From Macrostomum lignano (taxonomy: Eukaryota), in NCBI GenBank assembly GCA_002269645.1, contig NIVC01001267.1, positions 1 to 64,000 of the forward strand: DNA of 64,000 bases, read 5' to 3'. The position numbers were made by a program, and so were the translations under genes. The number at the start of each line of letters is the position of its first letter. Positions within the stretch are counted from its first letter, which is position 1. The notes under the pieces were generated by a model. It saw only the letters and a list, made by a program, of their open reading frames with translations. It had not been told where the DNA came from and did not search any database. This document shows positions 47,101 to 59,063 of the stretch, piece after piece.

Positions 47101-50100
47101 GTGTCTGCCTTAGTGTCTTCCATAGTGTCTGCCTTAGTGTCTTCCATTCTGTCTGCCATAGTGTCTGCCATAGTGTCTGCCATTGTGTCTGTCATAGTGT
47201 CTGTTTTAATCCCTGCCATAGTGTCTGCCTTAGTGTCTTCCATAGTGTCTGCCTTAGTGTCTTCCATAGTGTCTGCCATAATGTCTGCCATAGTGTCTGC
47301 CATTGTGTCTGCCATAGTGTCTGCCATTGTGTCTGTCATAGTGTCTGTTTTAATCCCTGCCATAGTGTCTGCCTTAGTGTCTGCCATAGTGTCTTCCATA
47401 GTGTCTGCCATAATGTCTGCCATAGTGTCCGCCATAGTGTCTTCCATTCTGTCTGCCATAGTGTCTGCCATAGTGTCTGCCATTGTGTCTGTCATAGTGT
47501 CTGTTTTAATCCCTGCCATAGTGTCTGCCTTAGTGTCTTCCATAGTGTCTGCCTTAGTGTCTTCCATAGTGTCTGCCATAATGTCTGCCATAGTGTCTGC
47601 CATTGTGTCTGCCATAGTGTCTGCCATTGTGTCTGTCATAGTGTCTGTTTTAATCCCTGCCATAGTGTCTGCCTTAGTGTCTGCCATAGTGTCTGCCATA
47701 GTGTCTGCCATAGAGTCTGCCATTGTGTCTGCCATAGTGTCTGCCATAGTGTCTTCCATTGTGTCTGCCATAGTATCTGTCTTAGTGTTTTCCAGTGTCT
47801 GCCATAGTGTCTGCCATAGTGTCTTCCATTGTGTCTGCCATAGTGTCTGCCATAGTGTCTTCCATTGTGTCTGCCTTAGTGTCTGCCATAGTGTCTTCCA
47901 TTGTGTCTGCCATAGTGTCTTCTATAGTGTCTTCCATTGTGTCTGTCTTAGTGTCTGCCATAGTGTCTGCCATAGTGTCTGCCATAGTGTCTTCCATTGT
48001 GTCTGCCATAGTGTCTTCTACAGTGTCTTCCATTGTGTCTGTCTTAGTGTCTGCCATAGTGTCTGCCATAGTATCTTCCATTGTGTCTGTCTTAGTGTCT
48101 GCCATAGTGTCTTCCATTGTGTCTGCCATAGTGTCTTCCATTGTGTCTGTCTTAGTGTCTGCCATAGTGTCTTCCATTGTGTCTTCCATAGTGTCTTCCA
48201 TTGTGTCTGCCATAGTGTCTTCCATAGTGTTCTCCATTGTGTCTGCCATAGTGTCTTCCATTGTGTCTGTCTTAGTGTCTGCCATAGTGTCTTCCATTGT
48301 GTCTGTCTTAGTGTCTTCCATTGTGTCTGTCTTAGTGTCTTCCATTGTGTCTGTCTTAGTGTCTTCCAGTGTCTGCCATAGTGTTTTCCATAGTGTCTGC
48401 CATCGTGTCTGTCTTAGTGTCTGCCATTGTGTCTTCCATAGTGTTCTCCATTGTGTCTGCCATAGTGTCTTCCATTGTGTCTGTCTTAGTGTCTGCCATA
48501 GTGTCTTCCATTGTGTCTGTCTTAGTGTCTTCCATTGTGTCTGTCTTAGTGTCTTCCATTGTGTCTGTCTTAGTGTCTGCCATAGTGTCTTCCATTGTGT
48601 CTGTCTTAGTGTCTTCCATTGTGTCTGTCTTAGTGTCTGCCATAGTGTCTTCCATTGTGTCTGTCTTAGTGTCTTCCATTGTGTCTGTCTTAGTGTCTTC
48701 CATTGTGTCTGTCTTAGTGTCTTCCAGTGTCTGCCATAGTGTTTTCCATAGTGTCTGCCATTGTGTCTGTCTTAGTGTCTGCCATTGTGTCTGTCATAGT
48801 GTCTGCCATTTGTCTGTCTTCGCCTGTCTTATAGTCTGTCTGTCTGTTTGTCTGTCTTAGTGTATGTCTCTGTCTGTCTGTCTGCAACCGGCTCCTCCTT
48901 TCCCGCAGGCCCTCACGGACCGGCTGACAGAGGAAGAGCGCCTGCTGGCCACCCACGTGTCCCGAGTTCGAGCCCGCATCGCCAAAGACAAAGACCTGTG
49001 GTTTCACACGCAGCGATCAACCAAGACTGACACGGTGACCACTTTCCTGCAGTTTTGCGTGTTCCCGCGGATCCTGTTCACAGCCCAGGACGCGGTGTAC
49101 TCGGCCAAGTTCATCTACATTCTGCACGCCTCCAAGACCGCCAATTTCTCCACTCTGATCTGCTTCGATCGGATTTTCAACGACATCACCCTGCCGCTGG
49201 CCTGCCTGACCGAGAATGAGGCCAGGCGCTACGGTCGCTTCCTCAAGACCATGCTGGACACCATCATGAAGTGGCACTCCAGCGTTGACGTGTACAAACG
49301 GGAGTGCGAAGGCTACCCAGGGTTCAGCACGGTGTTCAGAAAAGGCGTCGACGGTGCCCCGTCTAGTAAGGGGCCGGATCAGCTGAGCTACGAGAACTAC
49401 CGACATGTTGTGCACAAGTGGCACTACCGGTGAGTGTCTGTCTGCGCGCCAGCCGCCCAGAGTGTCAGTTGCTGGCCAGCCGCTCAGATCCTCAGTTGCT
49501 GGGCCAGCCGCCCAGATCCTCAGTTGCTGGGTCAGCCTCCTAGAGTGTCAGTTGCTGGCCAGCCTCCCAGATCCTCAGTTGCTGAGCTTCCAGCCTCCCA
49601 GATCCTCAGTTGCTGGGTCAGCCTCCTAGAGTGTCAGTTGCTGGCCAGCCTCCCAGATCCTCAGTTGCTGAGCTTCCAGCCTCCCAGATCCTCAGTTGCT
49701 GAGCCAGCCTCCCAGATCCTCAGTTGCTGAGCTTCCAGCCTCCCAGATCCTCAGTTGCTGAGCTTCCAGCCTCCCAGATCCTCAGTTGCTGGGCCAGCCT
49801 CCCAGATCATCAGTTGCTGAGCTTCCAGCCTCCCAGATCCTCAGTTGCTAGGCCAGCCTCCCAGATCCTCAGTTGCTGGGCTTCCAGCCTACCAGATCCT
49901 CAGTTGCTGGGTCAGCCTCCTAGAGTGTCAGTTGCTGGGCCAGCCTCCTAGAGTGTCAGTTGCTGGGCCAGCCTCCCAGAGTGTCAGTTGCTGGGCCAGC
50001 CTCCCAGATCCTCAGTTGCTGGGCCAGCCTCCCAGATCCCCAGTTGCTGAGCTTCCAGCCTCCCAGATCCTCAGTTGCTGGGCCAGCCTCCCAGATCCTC

Positions 50101-51514
50101 AGTTGCTGGGCCAGTCTCCCAGAATTGCCGTGTTAATTTATCAGTCAATAATATTCATTCCCAAATCCGCAGCATCACCAAGGCCTTCATCGCCTGTCTG
50201 GAGCACGGCAACTACGCGCTAATTCGCAACGCCCTACTCGTGCTCATCCGCATACTGGCCTACTATCCGCGAATTCAACAGTTCGGCTCCGCCGTCGAGC
50301 GTCGCGTTGAGAAGCTTCGCCAAGCGGAGCGGGAGAAGCGCAAGGACCTGGAGGCCATGGCGATCAGCTACCTGGGCATGCTGAAGAAGCGCAAAACCGA
50401 ATGGGTGCCCGAGGAGGCCTTCCACAAGAAGGTGGGTTGTGTGGGCAGTAGGGAATGTACAGATTACATAGAGAATGTGCAGATTCAATGGAAAATGTAC
50501 AGATTACATGGGGAATGTACAGATTCAATGGGGAATGTACAGTTTCAATGGGGAATGTACAGATTCAATGAAAATGTAATGATTTCATGGGTATTGTACA
50601 GATTCAATGGGGAATGTACAGATTACATTGGGGAATGTACAGATTCAACTGGGGAATGTACAGATTCAATTGGGGAATGTACAGATTCAACTGGGGAATG
50701 TACAGATTCAATTGGGGAATGTACAGATTCAATTGGGGAATGTACAGATTCAATAGAGAATGTATATAGATTCAATGGGGAATGTGCACAGATTCAATGG
50801 GGAATGTGCACAGATTCAATGGGGAATGTATATAGATTCAATGAGGAATGTACAGATTCCATGTCTTTTAGTCTTTTAATTTAGTTTAATTTAGTTTAAT
50901 TTAGTTTAAAGATTGAATTTAAATAACATAAGCATCGACCCACTTACGCTACTGCCAGTAGAAATGCAGGTAAACTAAGCTAGAAAGTGCATTGCCTCTT
51001 ATTGTAGGAGAAAGTGGAGAAATCCGACGCCACCAATGGCGGCCCGCACGCGGCCGCCGCCGTTACCGCTTCGATTCGTCGCGCCGGTTCGACGGCCAAT
51101 CCTGGCAAAGCGCCAGGCGCTTCTCCTAGTAGAGCAGCCGAGCAGCAGCAGCAGCAACAGCAGCAGCAGCCAGATGCAAAGCGTCGACGAACCGAGCATC
51201 AGCATCAACGGTCTGCCGCCGCGCCTGCCGCCTCGGCCGCGCCCACATCGTCGGAAACAACCAGCGGATCAAAGCGAAGTGCCGCCGCCGCCGCAGCTTC
51301 CGGTTCCGGCGAAGCGGCCTCCGGTTCGGCCACGATTGTTCTCCGATCGCCAAGCGGTTCCGGCGAAACCGAAGCCAAACGACATCGTCGGGATCGGGGA
51401 GGCGGCGACGAGGAGAGCGGCAGCAGCGAAGGCAACGGCGGTCGGTCGAACAGTCGGCAAAGAAAATCGTCCAGAGCGCCATCAGTTTCGAAGTCGTCCG
51501 CGTCGAAGAAATGA
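38131..51514 (+). CDS. THOC2: THO complex subunit 2 (10 exons, ~1424 aa)
   Basis: Exons 38131-38667, 39342-39731, 41250-41897, 42738-42946, 43759-44236, 44788-45211, 46313-46614, 48909-49429, 50173-50431, 51008-51514. All junctions are GT-AG and phase-consistent. Hallmark peptides [72 protein letters not shown]. Start codon uncertain; an upstream exon is possible. Confidence 0.95.
38723..39300. repeat. THOC2 intron 1 minisatellite (~14 bp, GATCTCAGAATCGG / GATCTCGGAAGCTG)
   Basis: Direct tandem repetition. Confidence 0.9.
39888..41160. repeat. THOC2 intron 2 compound minisatellite (17-bp CTTAGAATCGCCCTTAT, then 21-bp CTGAGAATCGCCCTGTCTCAT)
   Basis: Unit switches at ~40392. Confidence 0.95.
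41916..42710. repeat. THOC2 intron 3 minisatellite (21-bp CTGTCTGTTCACTCTCTGCAC)
   Basis: Degenerates towards the 3' end. Confidence 0.92.
42947..43680. repeat. THOC2 intron 4 minisatellite (21-bp RTAAGTCCCGATTCCGAATCC)
   Basis: The first unit starts at the intron donor itself. Confidence 0.95.
44320..44745. repeat. THOC2 intron 5 degenerate ~30-bp repeat (AAAATCATTTCTTAGAATT...CCTC)
   Basis: Includes a ~90-bp higher-order duplication. Confidence 0.8.
45240..45735. repeat. THOC2 intron 6 minisatellite (~22-bp CTGAATCTCACCCCTCTTGTGC)
   Basis: Direct tandem repetition. Confidence 0.88.
45910..46205. mobile_element. hAT-type MITE in THOC2 intron 6
   Basis: Perfect 14-bp TIR CATACATGCGCAAC and perfect 8-bp TSD GTATCAAT. 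Confidence 0.88.
46635..48830. repeat. THOC2 intron 7 minisatellite (12-bp GTGTCTGCCATA and variants)
   Basis: About 2.2 kb, with higher-order blocks. Confidence 0.97.
49450..50120. repeat. THOC2 intron 8 minisatellite (~28-bp CTCAGTTGCTGGGCCAGCCTCCCAGATC)
   Basis: Direct tandem repetition. Confidence 0.93.
50450..50860. repeat. THOC2 intron 9 minisatellite (20-21-bp AATGTACAGATTCAATGGGG)
   Basis: Direct tandem repetition. Confidence 0.9.
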
Positions 51515-51518
51515 AAGC

Positions 51519-51524
51519 AATAAA
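51519..51524 (+). terminator. Putative THOC2 polyadenylation signal
   Basis: AATAAA 4 nt after the stop codon, followed by a GT-rich tract. Confidence 0.55.
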
Positions 51525-51689
51525 TGTTTGTTGTATTGATTTTGCTGTTGGAAGCTGTTCTCTGCTGTTTGTTCGCTGCTTTTTGTAACTGATCTGGCCC
51601 GTTTCTAGGAAATTGTACTTTTAAAGGTAAACACTAAGTTATTATATGAGGTACTTAATGCAAATTTTGTAAACATTTCTTGAGAGATT

Positions 51690-52060
51690 AGGGAGATTTG
51701 TAGGGATATTCGGGAGATTTGTAGGGATATTCGGGAGATTTGTAGGGACATTAGGGAGATTTGTAGGGATATTAGGCAGATTTGTAGGGAGATTATGGAT
51801 TTGTAGGGATATTGGGGAGATTTGTAGGGATTAGGGAGATTTGTAGGGAGATTATGGATTTGTAGGGATTTTGGGGAGATTTGTAGGGATATTAGGGAGA
51901 TTTGTAGGGATATTGGGGAGATTTGTAGGGCGATTATGGATTTTTAGGGATATTGGGGAGATTTGTAGGGATATTAGGGAGATTTGTAGGGATATTGGGG
52001 AGATTTGTAGGGATATTTGGGAGATTTGTTGGGAGATTATGGATTTGTAGGGATATTAGG
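51690..52060. repeat. ~21-bp minisatellite GGGAGATTTGTAGGGATATT
   Basis: Direct tandem repetition. Confidence 0.9.
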
Positions 52061-52614
52061 TAGAATTGTAGTGAGAAGATTATGTAAATTCTGTGCAGAA
52101 GCCGGTGAACGAATGTGTTACATATGATATACGTATTTATATTAGCTTTGTGCTACAGAAATAACGGCAGCTTCCCATTGTGCTGTTTTTGCCGTGCGAA
52201 TTGCCTTGCATAAAAATAACTGCTTGGCTGGTTGGTTGCAAGTCAGTTTTCGGCTCGAAATATGACTCTCTAACTGTAAGTTCAAGTGTTTATGTAAGTA
52301 TGCTGGCACACTAAAGTAAACTAATGTTTCTTGTAATAATTATTCGTTTTAAAATTTGAAAGCTGCGTACTGGTATATTGGCAACCATCTTTGTAACAGC
52401 CCAGCCGCTTTTACACTTATTATTATTTTCAGTAGAGTGCGCTCCGTTCAATAAGTTTGTTTGTAAGCAAACAAAACATATTTTAAAATAAACAACTGCG
52501 AGACCGACTGCTTGTCGATGACGATTGGTTTTCGTTTCATTGCCGTTCAATTTTAAACTGATTTTTGTTGCTTGTCCGTTATTTCAGTTGCTTTTAGTAG
52601 TAAATAGCAATGAA

Positions 52615-53390
52615 TAGAGAGTGACAGTGAGGGATAGAGGGAGTGACGGTGAGGGATAGATGGGAGTGACAGTAAGAGGGATAGATGGGAGTGACATTGG
52701 GGAATAAATGGGAGTGACGGTGAGGGATAGATGGGAGTGACAGTAAGAGGGATAGATGGAAGTGACATTGGGGGATAGAGAGAGTGACGGTGAGGGATAG
52801 AGGGGAGTGACATTGAGGGACCGAGGGAGTGACAGTAAGATATAGATGGGAGTGACAGTGAGGGATAAATGGGAGTGACAGTGAGGGATAGATGGGAGTG
52901 ACAGTGAGCGATAGATGGGAGTGACAGTGAGGGATAGATGGGAGTGAGAGTAAGATATAGATGGGAGTGACAGTGAGGGATAGATGGGAGTGACAGTGAG
53001 GGATAGATGGGAGTGACAGTGAGGGATAAATGGGAGTGACAGTGAGGGATAGATGGGAGTGACAGTGAGGGATAGATGGGAGTGACAGTGAGGGATAGAT
53101 GGAAGTGACAGTGAGGGATAGATGGAAGTGACAGTAAGGGATAGTGGGGGTGACATTGAGGGATAGTGGGGGTGACAGTGAGGGATAAATGGGAGTGACA
53201 GTGAGGGATAGATGGAAGTGACAGTAAGGGATAGAGGGAGTGACATTGAGGGATAGTGGGGGTGACAGTGAGGGATAGATTAGAGTGACAGTGAGGAATA
53301 GAGGCAGTGATGACAGCAAGAGGGATAGAGGGGAGTGACAGTAAGAGGATAGAGGGGAGTGATAGTGAGGGATAGAGGGGAATCACAGTG
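52615..53390. repeat. 23-bp purine-rich minisatellite GGGAGTGACAGTGAGGGATAGAT
   Basis: Direct tandem repetition. Confidence 0.95.
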
Positions 53391-54209
53391 ACATATAGAG
53401 CCTAGACAGGAGTGAGAGTGAGAAGTAGAGTACAGTGACAGTCATGAGGTAAGGATAAGGATACTAAAAATTTCACTCAGAACAAGAATTCAGATGTAGT
53501 GAGAGAAGAGCATTAGTTGAATTAATCTATTGTAGTAAGCAGTCTAAATATGTAGAGCATCTATAATGTGCAAAATCAGATATTAGCAGGAGCAGTGTAC
53601 GTGCAGCTGTTTCGTGCCCCATGATACATTTTAAGAAAACATCGCGCCACGGTTTCCTTAAGTGACTTGCCGGCTGGCTCGGCTAGGTGGCTCATCCCCC
53701 TCTGCTAGGAACTCCAACAGCAAGCGCAGACTTGCACCCGACTATATTGAGCTTTTTTCTTCGTGTTTTCTGTGTAGCAATCCGATAGAATTCGGCTTAG
53801 AGAAAATAAACACCCAACGCGTGAGCATCTTTTTTTGCAACTTTTTTTGTAAGACATGGTCCGACTAGCATTGACGGAATGGTTACTTGACTTACTGCAA
53901 ACACCGGAGCAAGTGTAATTGATTGGATAAACAAGAAAATTTATGTTTCTCTTCGGCTTGCAAGCTCTCTCTCTAGAGAGAGATTAGAGATTTGGTTGCT
54001 TGTCTAATAGCGAAACTTTGACGAAGGAATTTGGATACTCTGCTTAATTCTGTATTTTTGTAGCTTTTGATGTGCTGCCTCTGCATTGAAGTTGACGGCT
54101 CTGTGTGCTGTGTAATCTCATCTGTTGCTGTCTGTCTCCGTCTGAAGCTCTGGTGCAGATAAACTCTTGCTGCTCTTCTGTCTCATACTGCATTGTAAGT
54201 CTCGTGCTC

Positions 54210-54890
54210 TATCTCTCCCTTGTCTATCTCTCCCTGGTCTATCTCTCCCTGGTCTATCTCTCCCTGGTTTATCTCTCCCTTGTCTATCTCTCCCTGCTCT
54301 ATCTCTCCCTTGTCTATCTCTCCCTGCTCTATCTCTCCCTTGTCTATCTCTCCCTGGTCTATCTCTCCCCAGTCTATCTCTTCGTGGTTTATCTCCCCGG
54401 TCTATCTCTCCCCGGTCTATCTCTCCCTTGTCTATCTCTCCCTGGTCTATCTCTCCCTGCTCTATCTCTCCCTGGTCTATCTCTCCCTGGTCTATCTCTC
54501 CCTGATCTATCTCTCCCTTGTCTATCTATCCCTGGTTTATCTCTCCCTTGTCTATCTCTCCCTGGTTTATCTCTCCCTTGTCTATCTCTCCCTGCTCTAT
54601 CTCTCCCTTGTCTATCTCTCCCTGGTCTATCTCTCCCTTGTCTATCTCTCCCCGGTCTATCTCTCCCTTGTCTATCTCTCCCTGCTCTATCTCTCCCTTG
54701 TCTATCTCTCCCTGGTCTATCTCTCCCTGGTCTATCTCTCCCCAGTCTATCTCTTCGTGGTTTATCTCTCCCCGGTCTATCTCTCCCCGGTCTATCTCTC
54801 CCCGGTCTATCTCTCCCTGGTCTATCTCTCCCTGGTCTATCTCTCCCTTGTCTATCTCTCCCTGGTCTATCTCTCCCTGGTCTATCTCGA
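54210..54890. repeat. 15-bp pyrimidine-rich minisatellite CTATCTCTCCCTGGT
   Basis: Direct tandem repetition. Confidence 0.96.
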
Positions 54891-56237
54891 TCTTCCTGTT
54901 TTATCTCTCGCTTTTCCAAGTGAAAACACTCAAATCGATGCCCTATTTATAAACCTCCAATTATAATGCACTTAAAAGTCTTGAGAAGGCACTATTGTTG
55001 CACTGAGCAGTGCACTGCGCAATAAGATATATTGAATTCTTATCTAACCATCCTGTGCACCTGTCCGTCTCTCTTTTGCTCTCGATACTGTTTTTTGAAA
55101 GTTCAAATTAATTTGCTTCTTCTTTTGGAGCAAAAAATTTTTGACCTGATGGGCATATTCGTATTTCGTTTATCAAGTTGGCCTGTTATAATAATAATAT
55201 TGTGCGCAATAATTATAAATTAATTGCAGTATAAAGAAGCAACAATTGCATTAGTAGGGAGCAGGTTGCCTTTAAAGAAATATATATTTGTCTGCATATT
55301 TATAAACTCTATATTTATAGCGACTGTGCAAGAACTTAGAGTTTTGCAATTCTCAGGTTATAGATATGAATTGCTTTTTTTCTTCGTTAGCTGCTCTTAC
55401 AAGCGTCTTAATTCGCGCATGACTAAGTAGCTTCTTTTGAAGCCGACAATATTTGATACGAGCGTCTATCTGAATGCGGGCCAGAGTTTGTCAAGGATAA
55501 GAGAAGCCATGATTAACTGATGCGCGCTGAGTTTTTTCTCTTCTGGTTTCTGCAGCACAGCTCACCCGGCCGTAAGTGTATTCCGTGTGCTTCTTCTGAT
55601 TAATATGGTATCAACTGCAATCTATCTGACTATCTAAATGTAGCTCTGATGTCATCCAAACAGGTTAGATGAACCCAGAACATTTGAAAAATCTTTGAAG
55701 AAGCTTCTGCTGGCAAATATTGTTTCTTTATTTCTTGGAAAACATTTTTGAAGGCTCATATAATTATTAATTATCTTTATTTGAAAACTCAAAGTTAACT
55801 CGTAACTTTCTTTCTCCACGAATAATTTGAAAGTATAACTACTCCAGGCAGACGTGGGGACTCTATACACTAATAATGGGATGCTTCAAACGATAATCTA
55901 TTGTCTGCTGATTATTAATTATGAAATAACTCCCCATTCCTCTGGAGCTCACTTCGACTCTGCATTATCAGGGCATTCAGGGTATAGAGAGTTATTCAGG
56001 GTATCCCGCAGTGCGAGCCACCTGGTGCGTGCATATGATAAACGCCTCTCTGCATTCATTCAAATTCAAGCCTGAGGTAGCTGTCCCCCTCCGACAGCAC
56101 TGAGATTATTAATTGATCCATACGGGGAGGTCGAGGAGGTCAGTTGCCCCCCTCCCCAACCTGCAACTCTCAAGCCTTCAGGCTAGTGTCTGGAACTCTG
56201 ATTTGGGACTCCTTCAGTGACGCAACCGAAATTCGGT

Positions 56238-56775
56238 TAGGGGGCGGATAATAGGGGTCAAGACCCAAAGGAGCGGATGCCGGGGGCTCAAGGCTCAAAG
56301 AGGGTGGGGGGGCGGATCCCGGAAGTCAAGTCAAGGCCCAAAGAGGGGGGCGGATCCCGGAGGTCAAGGCCCAAAGAGGGGGGCGGATCCCGGAGGTCAA
56401 GGCCCAAAGAGGGGGGGCGGATCCCGGGGGTCAAGGCCCAAAGAGGGGGGCGGATCCCGGAGGTCAAGGCCCAAAGACGGGGGGGGCGGATCCCGGAGGT
56501 CAAGGCCCAAAGAGGGGCGGATGCCGGGGGTCAAAGCCCAAATGGGGGGCGGATTCCGGGGAGAGGTCAAATCAAGGTCCAAAGAAAAGGGCGGATTCCG
56601 GGGGGAGATCAAATCAAGGCCCAAAGAGAAGGGCGGATCCCGGGGGCTCAAGGCCCAAAGAAAGGGGGGAGGCGGATCCCGGGGGTCAAGGCCCAAAGAG
56701 AGGGGCGGATCCCGGGGGGGGGGGGTCCAGGGCCCAAAGAGGGGGCAGATCCCCGGGAGGGAGTCAAGGTCCATT
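56238..56775. repeat. ~32-bp GC-rich minisatellite GGGGGCGGATCCCGGAGGTCAAGGCCCAAAGA
   Basis: Direct tandem repetition with variants. Confidence 0.9.
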
Positions 56776-58629
56776 GAGGGGTCGCAAGGGCGCTGGCCTG
56801 TATGTTGGCGAAAATTCGCTTGGTTCTTTCCATTTGTATTTTTCCGGGTTTCCGCCGAAGGAAGAGGGCGTCCGCGCGTCCCTTGACCCTCCCAGTGCCA
56901 ACACTGCTCCCAAGTCCTTTCGGTTTGGCACGACGCTAATAGAATAGTAATTAATTGCGATGAATCCTGCTTGAGAACAATGGGGATTAAAAGAAACTGC
57001 TGGATGGGAGTCTGCACGCGGTGATACAATAAAAAATAACAATTCCCCGCAGAAAGGATGAAGCAAGCCAGCTGTGCGCTTATCTCTCAGACTAATCAGC
57101 CTCCCTTCTGATTTTCTTTCCCCGTTCCCCCAGCCTCCTCACGCGATTTTAGAGAATGATGAAGTGAAGGAAAGGAAAGGAGTTGAACTTGGACAGGTAT
57201 TTCAGCCAGGCATCGTTGGCAGGCAGCGCTGGAAAGACAATCAAAAATCAAAGGGTCAGCTCTGAGAGAGGCTGTGCGCAGTTATGCGTTTCAAGTTCTG
57301 CTCTGGCTTGGCGTCTTTGCATTATGCATGTGGCAAGCGGAGCAGCAGGGTCAGGACATGGGGGGGGGACTCGAGGGAGAGGGTTTGCCGGCTGAATTTT
57401 TACGATGCATGCAGACAGGCGGCTGCTTCTGCACTGCCGCAATCTAGGACCGCTGACTGACTCTCGGCATCCTCCTATCGTATCCCCATTGTTTCGTTTC
57501 GAGAGATGCTCCCGCGCGCTCCGCGATATAAAAACTCCTTGCAGAGGAGATCAGCACAGAGAGAGCGAGGGGGAGAGGCAAACGCCACGGGGGAGGCTGT
57601 TCTCATGAAAGATTAATCCGGGCTTCGCTTCGGATTGGGACTCAATTGCTTAATCTTTCACGATCCGGCAGCAGCACCGCAATGAGGCCGGATTGGAATC
57701 TTTGGGGCAGCTGGACAGCGCGCAACTCCTACAAGCCTCATCATCATCAACTCAAGCTTTCTTTCCCGTTCTCTCTCTCTCTCTCCTACTCCTATTGTCT
57801 TGTCTGAATTCTTGAACGCGTCCCTGCTCTTCCCTTCTCTGCTGTTGTCCTCCTGTATAAAAGCTTGCGAAAAGTTGGGTGGTCTCGCAATTTCAGATTA
57901 GCTCCTAATAGATAAATCCCTACCTGCACGACAGAAGAAAAAGTTATTCAGCCTTGCTTTTAAATAATTTCAAATATATGTAAGACTACATAAGATTAAA
58001 TCTGCACCTGCAAGTGAGAAAATTGCTACATATTATACTTAACATGTAAGTGCGAGTGAAATTAAATTTCTTAAATATCCTGTTTGGCGGTGTCGCCTCA
58101 ACCGGAGCCGGCACAGTTTGTTAATTGGTTTAATTACAATAGCCAAAATAACCAGCCTAATTGCTATCAAAATCACAGTCGAGCCTCAGATAAAAACCCA
58201 GACTTATTATGTGCACGTCTTTTATCACATCACACCTATCTAACAAGAATCACCAAACCAAAAAGCGTATATACGCACAACAAAAGACACCGACCGGCAG
58301 ACGGCAACCCCATTTGTATTTAAAGTAAAAACGGAAAACCGCGGCCCGCGCCTTAGCTCAAAAAATCAATAAAGCACCCACCAGCCACCACCTCCTCGGC
58401 TCTACCCATCTAAGACAGTGCGAAGAACAATTTGGCCCTCCCGTATTTCACTTTGCTAGAGCAATCAGATTCAGAACAGAATGACACAGGGCGGTCGCAA
58501 GGTTAAGGTTGGTAGATAAGGCGCGAGGAGAAGACGAAGGTAGTGTTGAAATAAAAGGAATTATACAAGAAGCGCCGTCTGAGTATATACTAACTATCTT
58601 GGAGGAAAACCATCAGTTCAATCGCGCAG

Positions 58630-58960
58630 GCTAATAAACCCCGCCCTGCCCCCAAAGACTGGAGGAGGCTTGGCCAACCCCCCCAAACCCGCCACTCCGC
58701 CAACCAATCGCAGCCAAGCGCCCACTTTTGCCCCGCCGCTTGTGCTTTCTCGCATCAATTGACTCCTCCCGCGCGGGAGCGCCCCCTCGCGTTCCACACA
58801 GCCAAAGATAGGGGGAGGGGGAGGCTCTGCTGAGGGGTTTGTCGGACTTCTTCTCTGTCCTTCCTTGCTCCTCTCTTTCTAAAGCTTAGTGGGCTCAACT
58901 CCAGCCGGGCCTAATAAATACCCCGCCACTTCTAGCTCTCAGCATTCACTAGTTGCTTTA
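58630..58960 (+). promoter_or_regulatory. Putative core promoter of the zinc-finger gene
   Basis: GC boxes (CCCCGCCC 58639, CCCCGCC 58731 and 58921), CCAAT 58704 and TAATAAATA 58912, 100-430 nt upstream of the ATG. Confidence 0.45.
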
Positions 58961-59063
58961 ACACTTGAGTTAATTAACTGTAACTGAGCAGTCAAGTAAC
59001 TTAGCTTGTGCTTAGATTATCTACTACTTAATATTTGATTGGGACTCCTCTTTTTTTAATTCA

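Noticed and set aside
46656-48739. Very long ORFs on both strands (up to 510 aa; MADT/SAIV/CHSV repeats)
   Set aside because: Translations of the 12-bp minisatellite inside THOC2 intron 7; open in several frames, which is typical of stop-poor repeats.
52553-54966. Long ORFs of 220-277 aa
   Set aside because: All derive from the 23-bp and 15-bp minisatellites.
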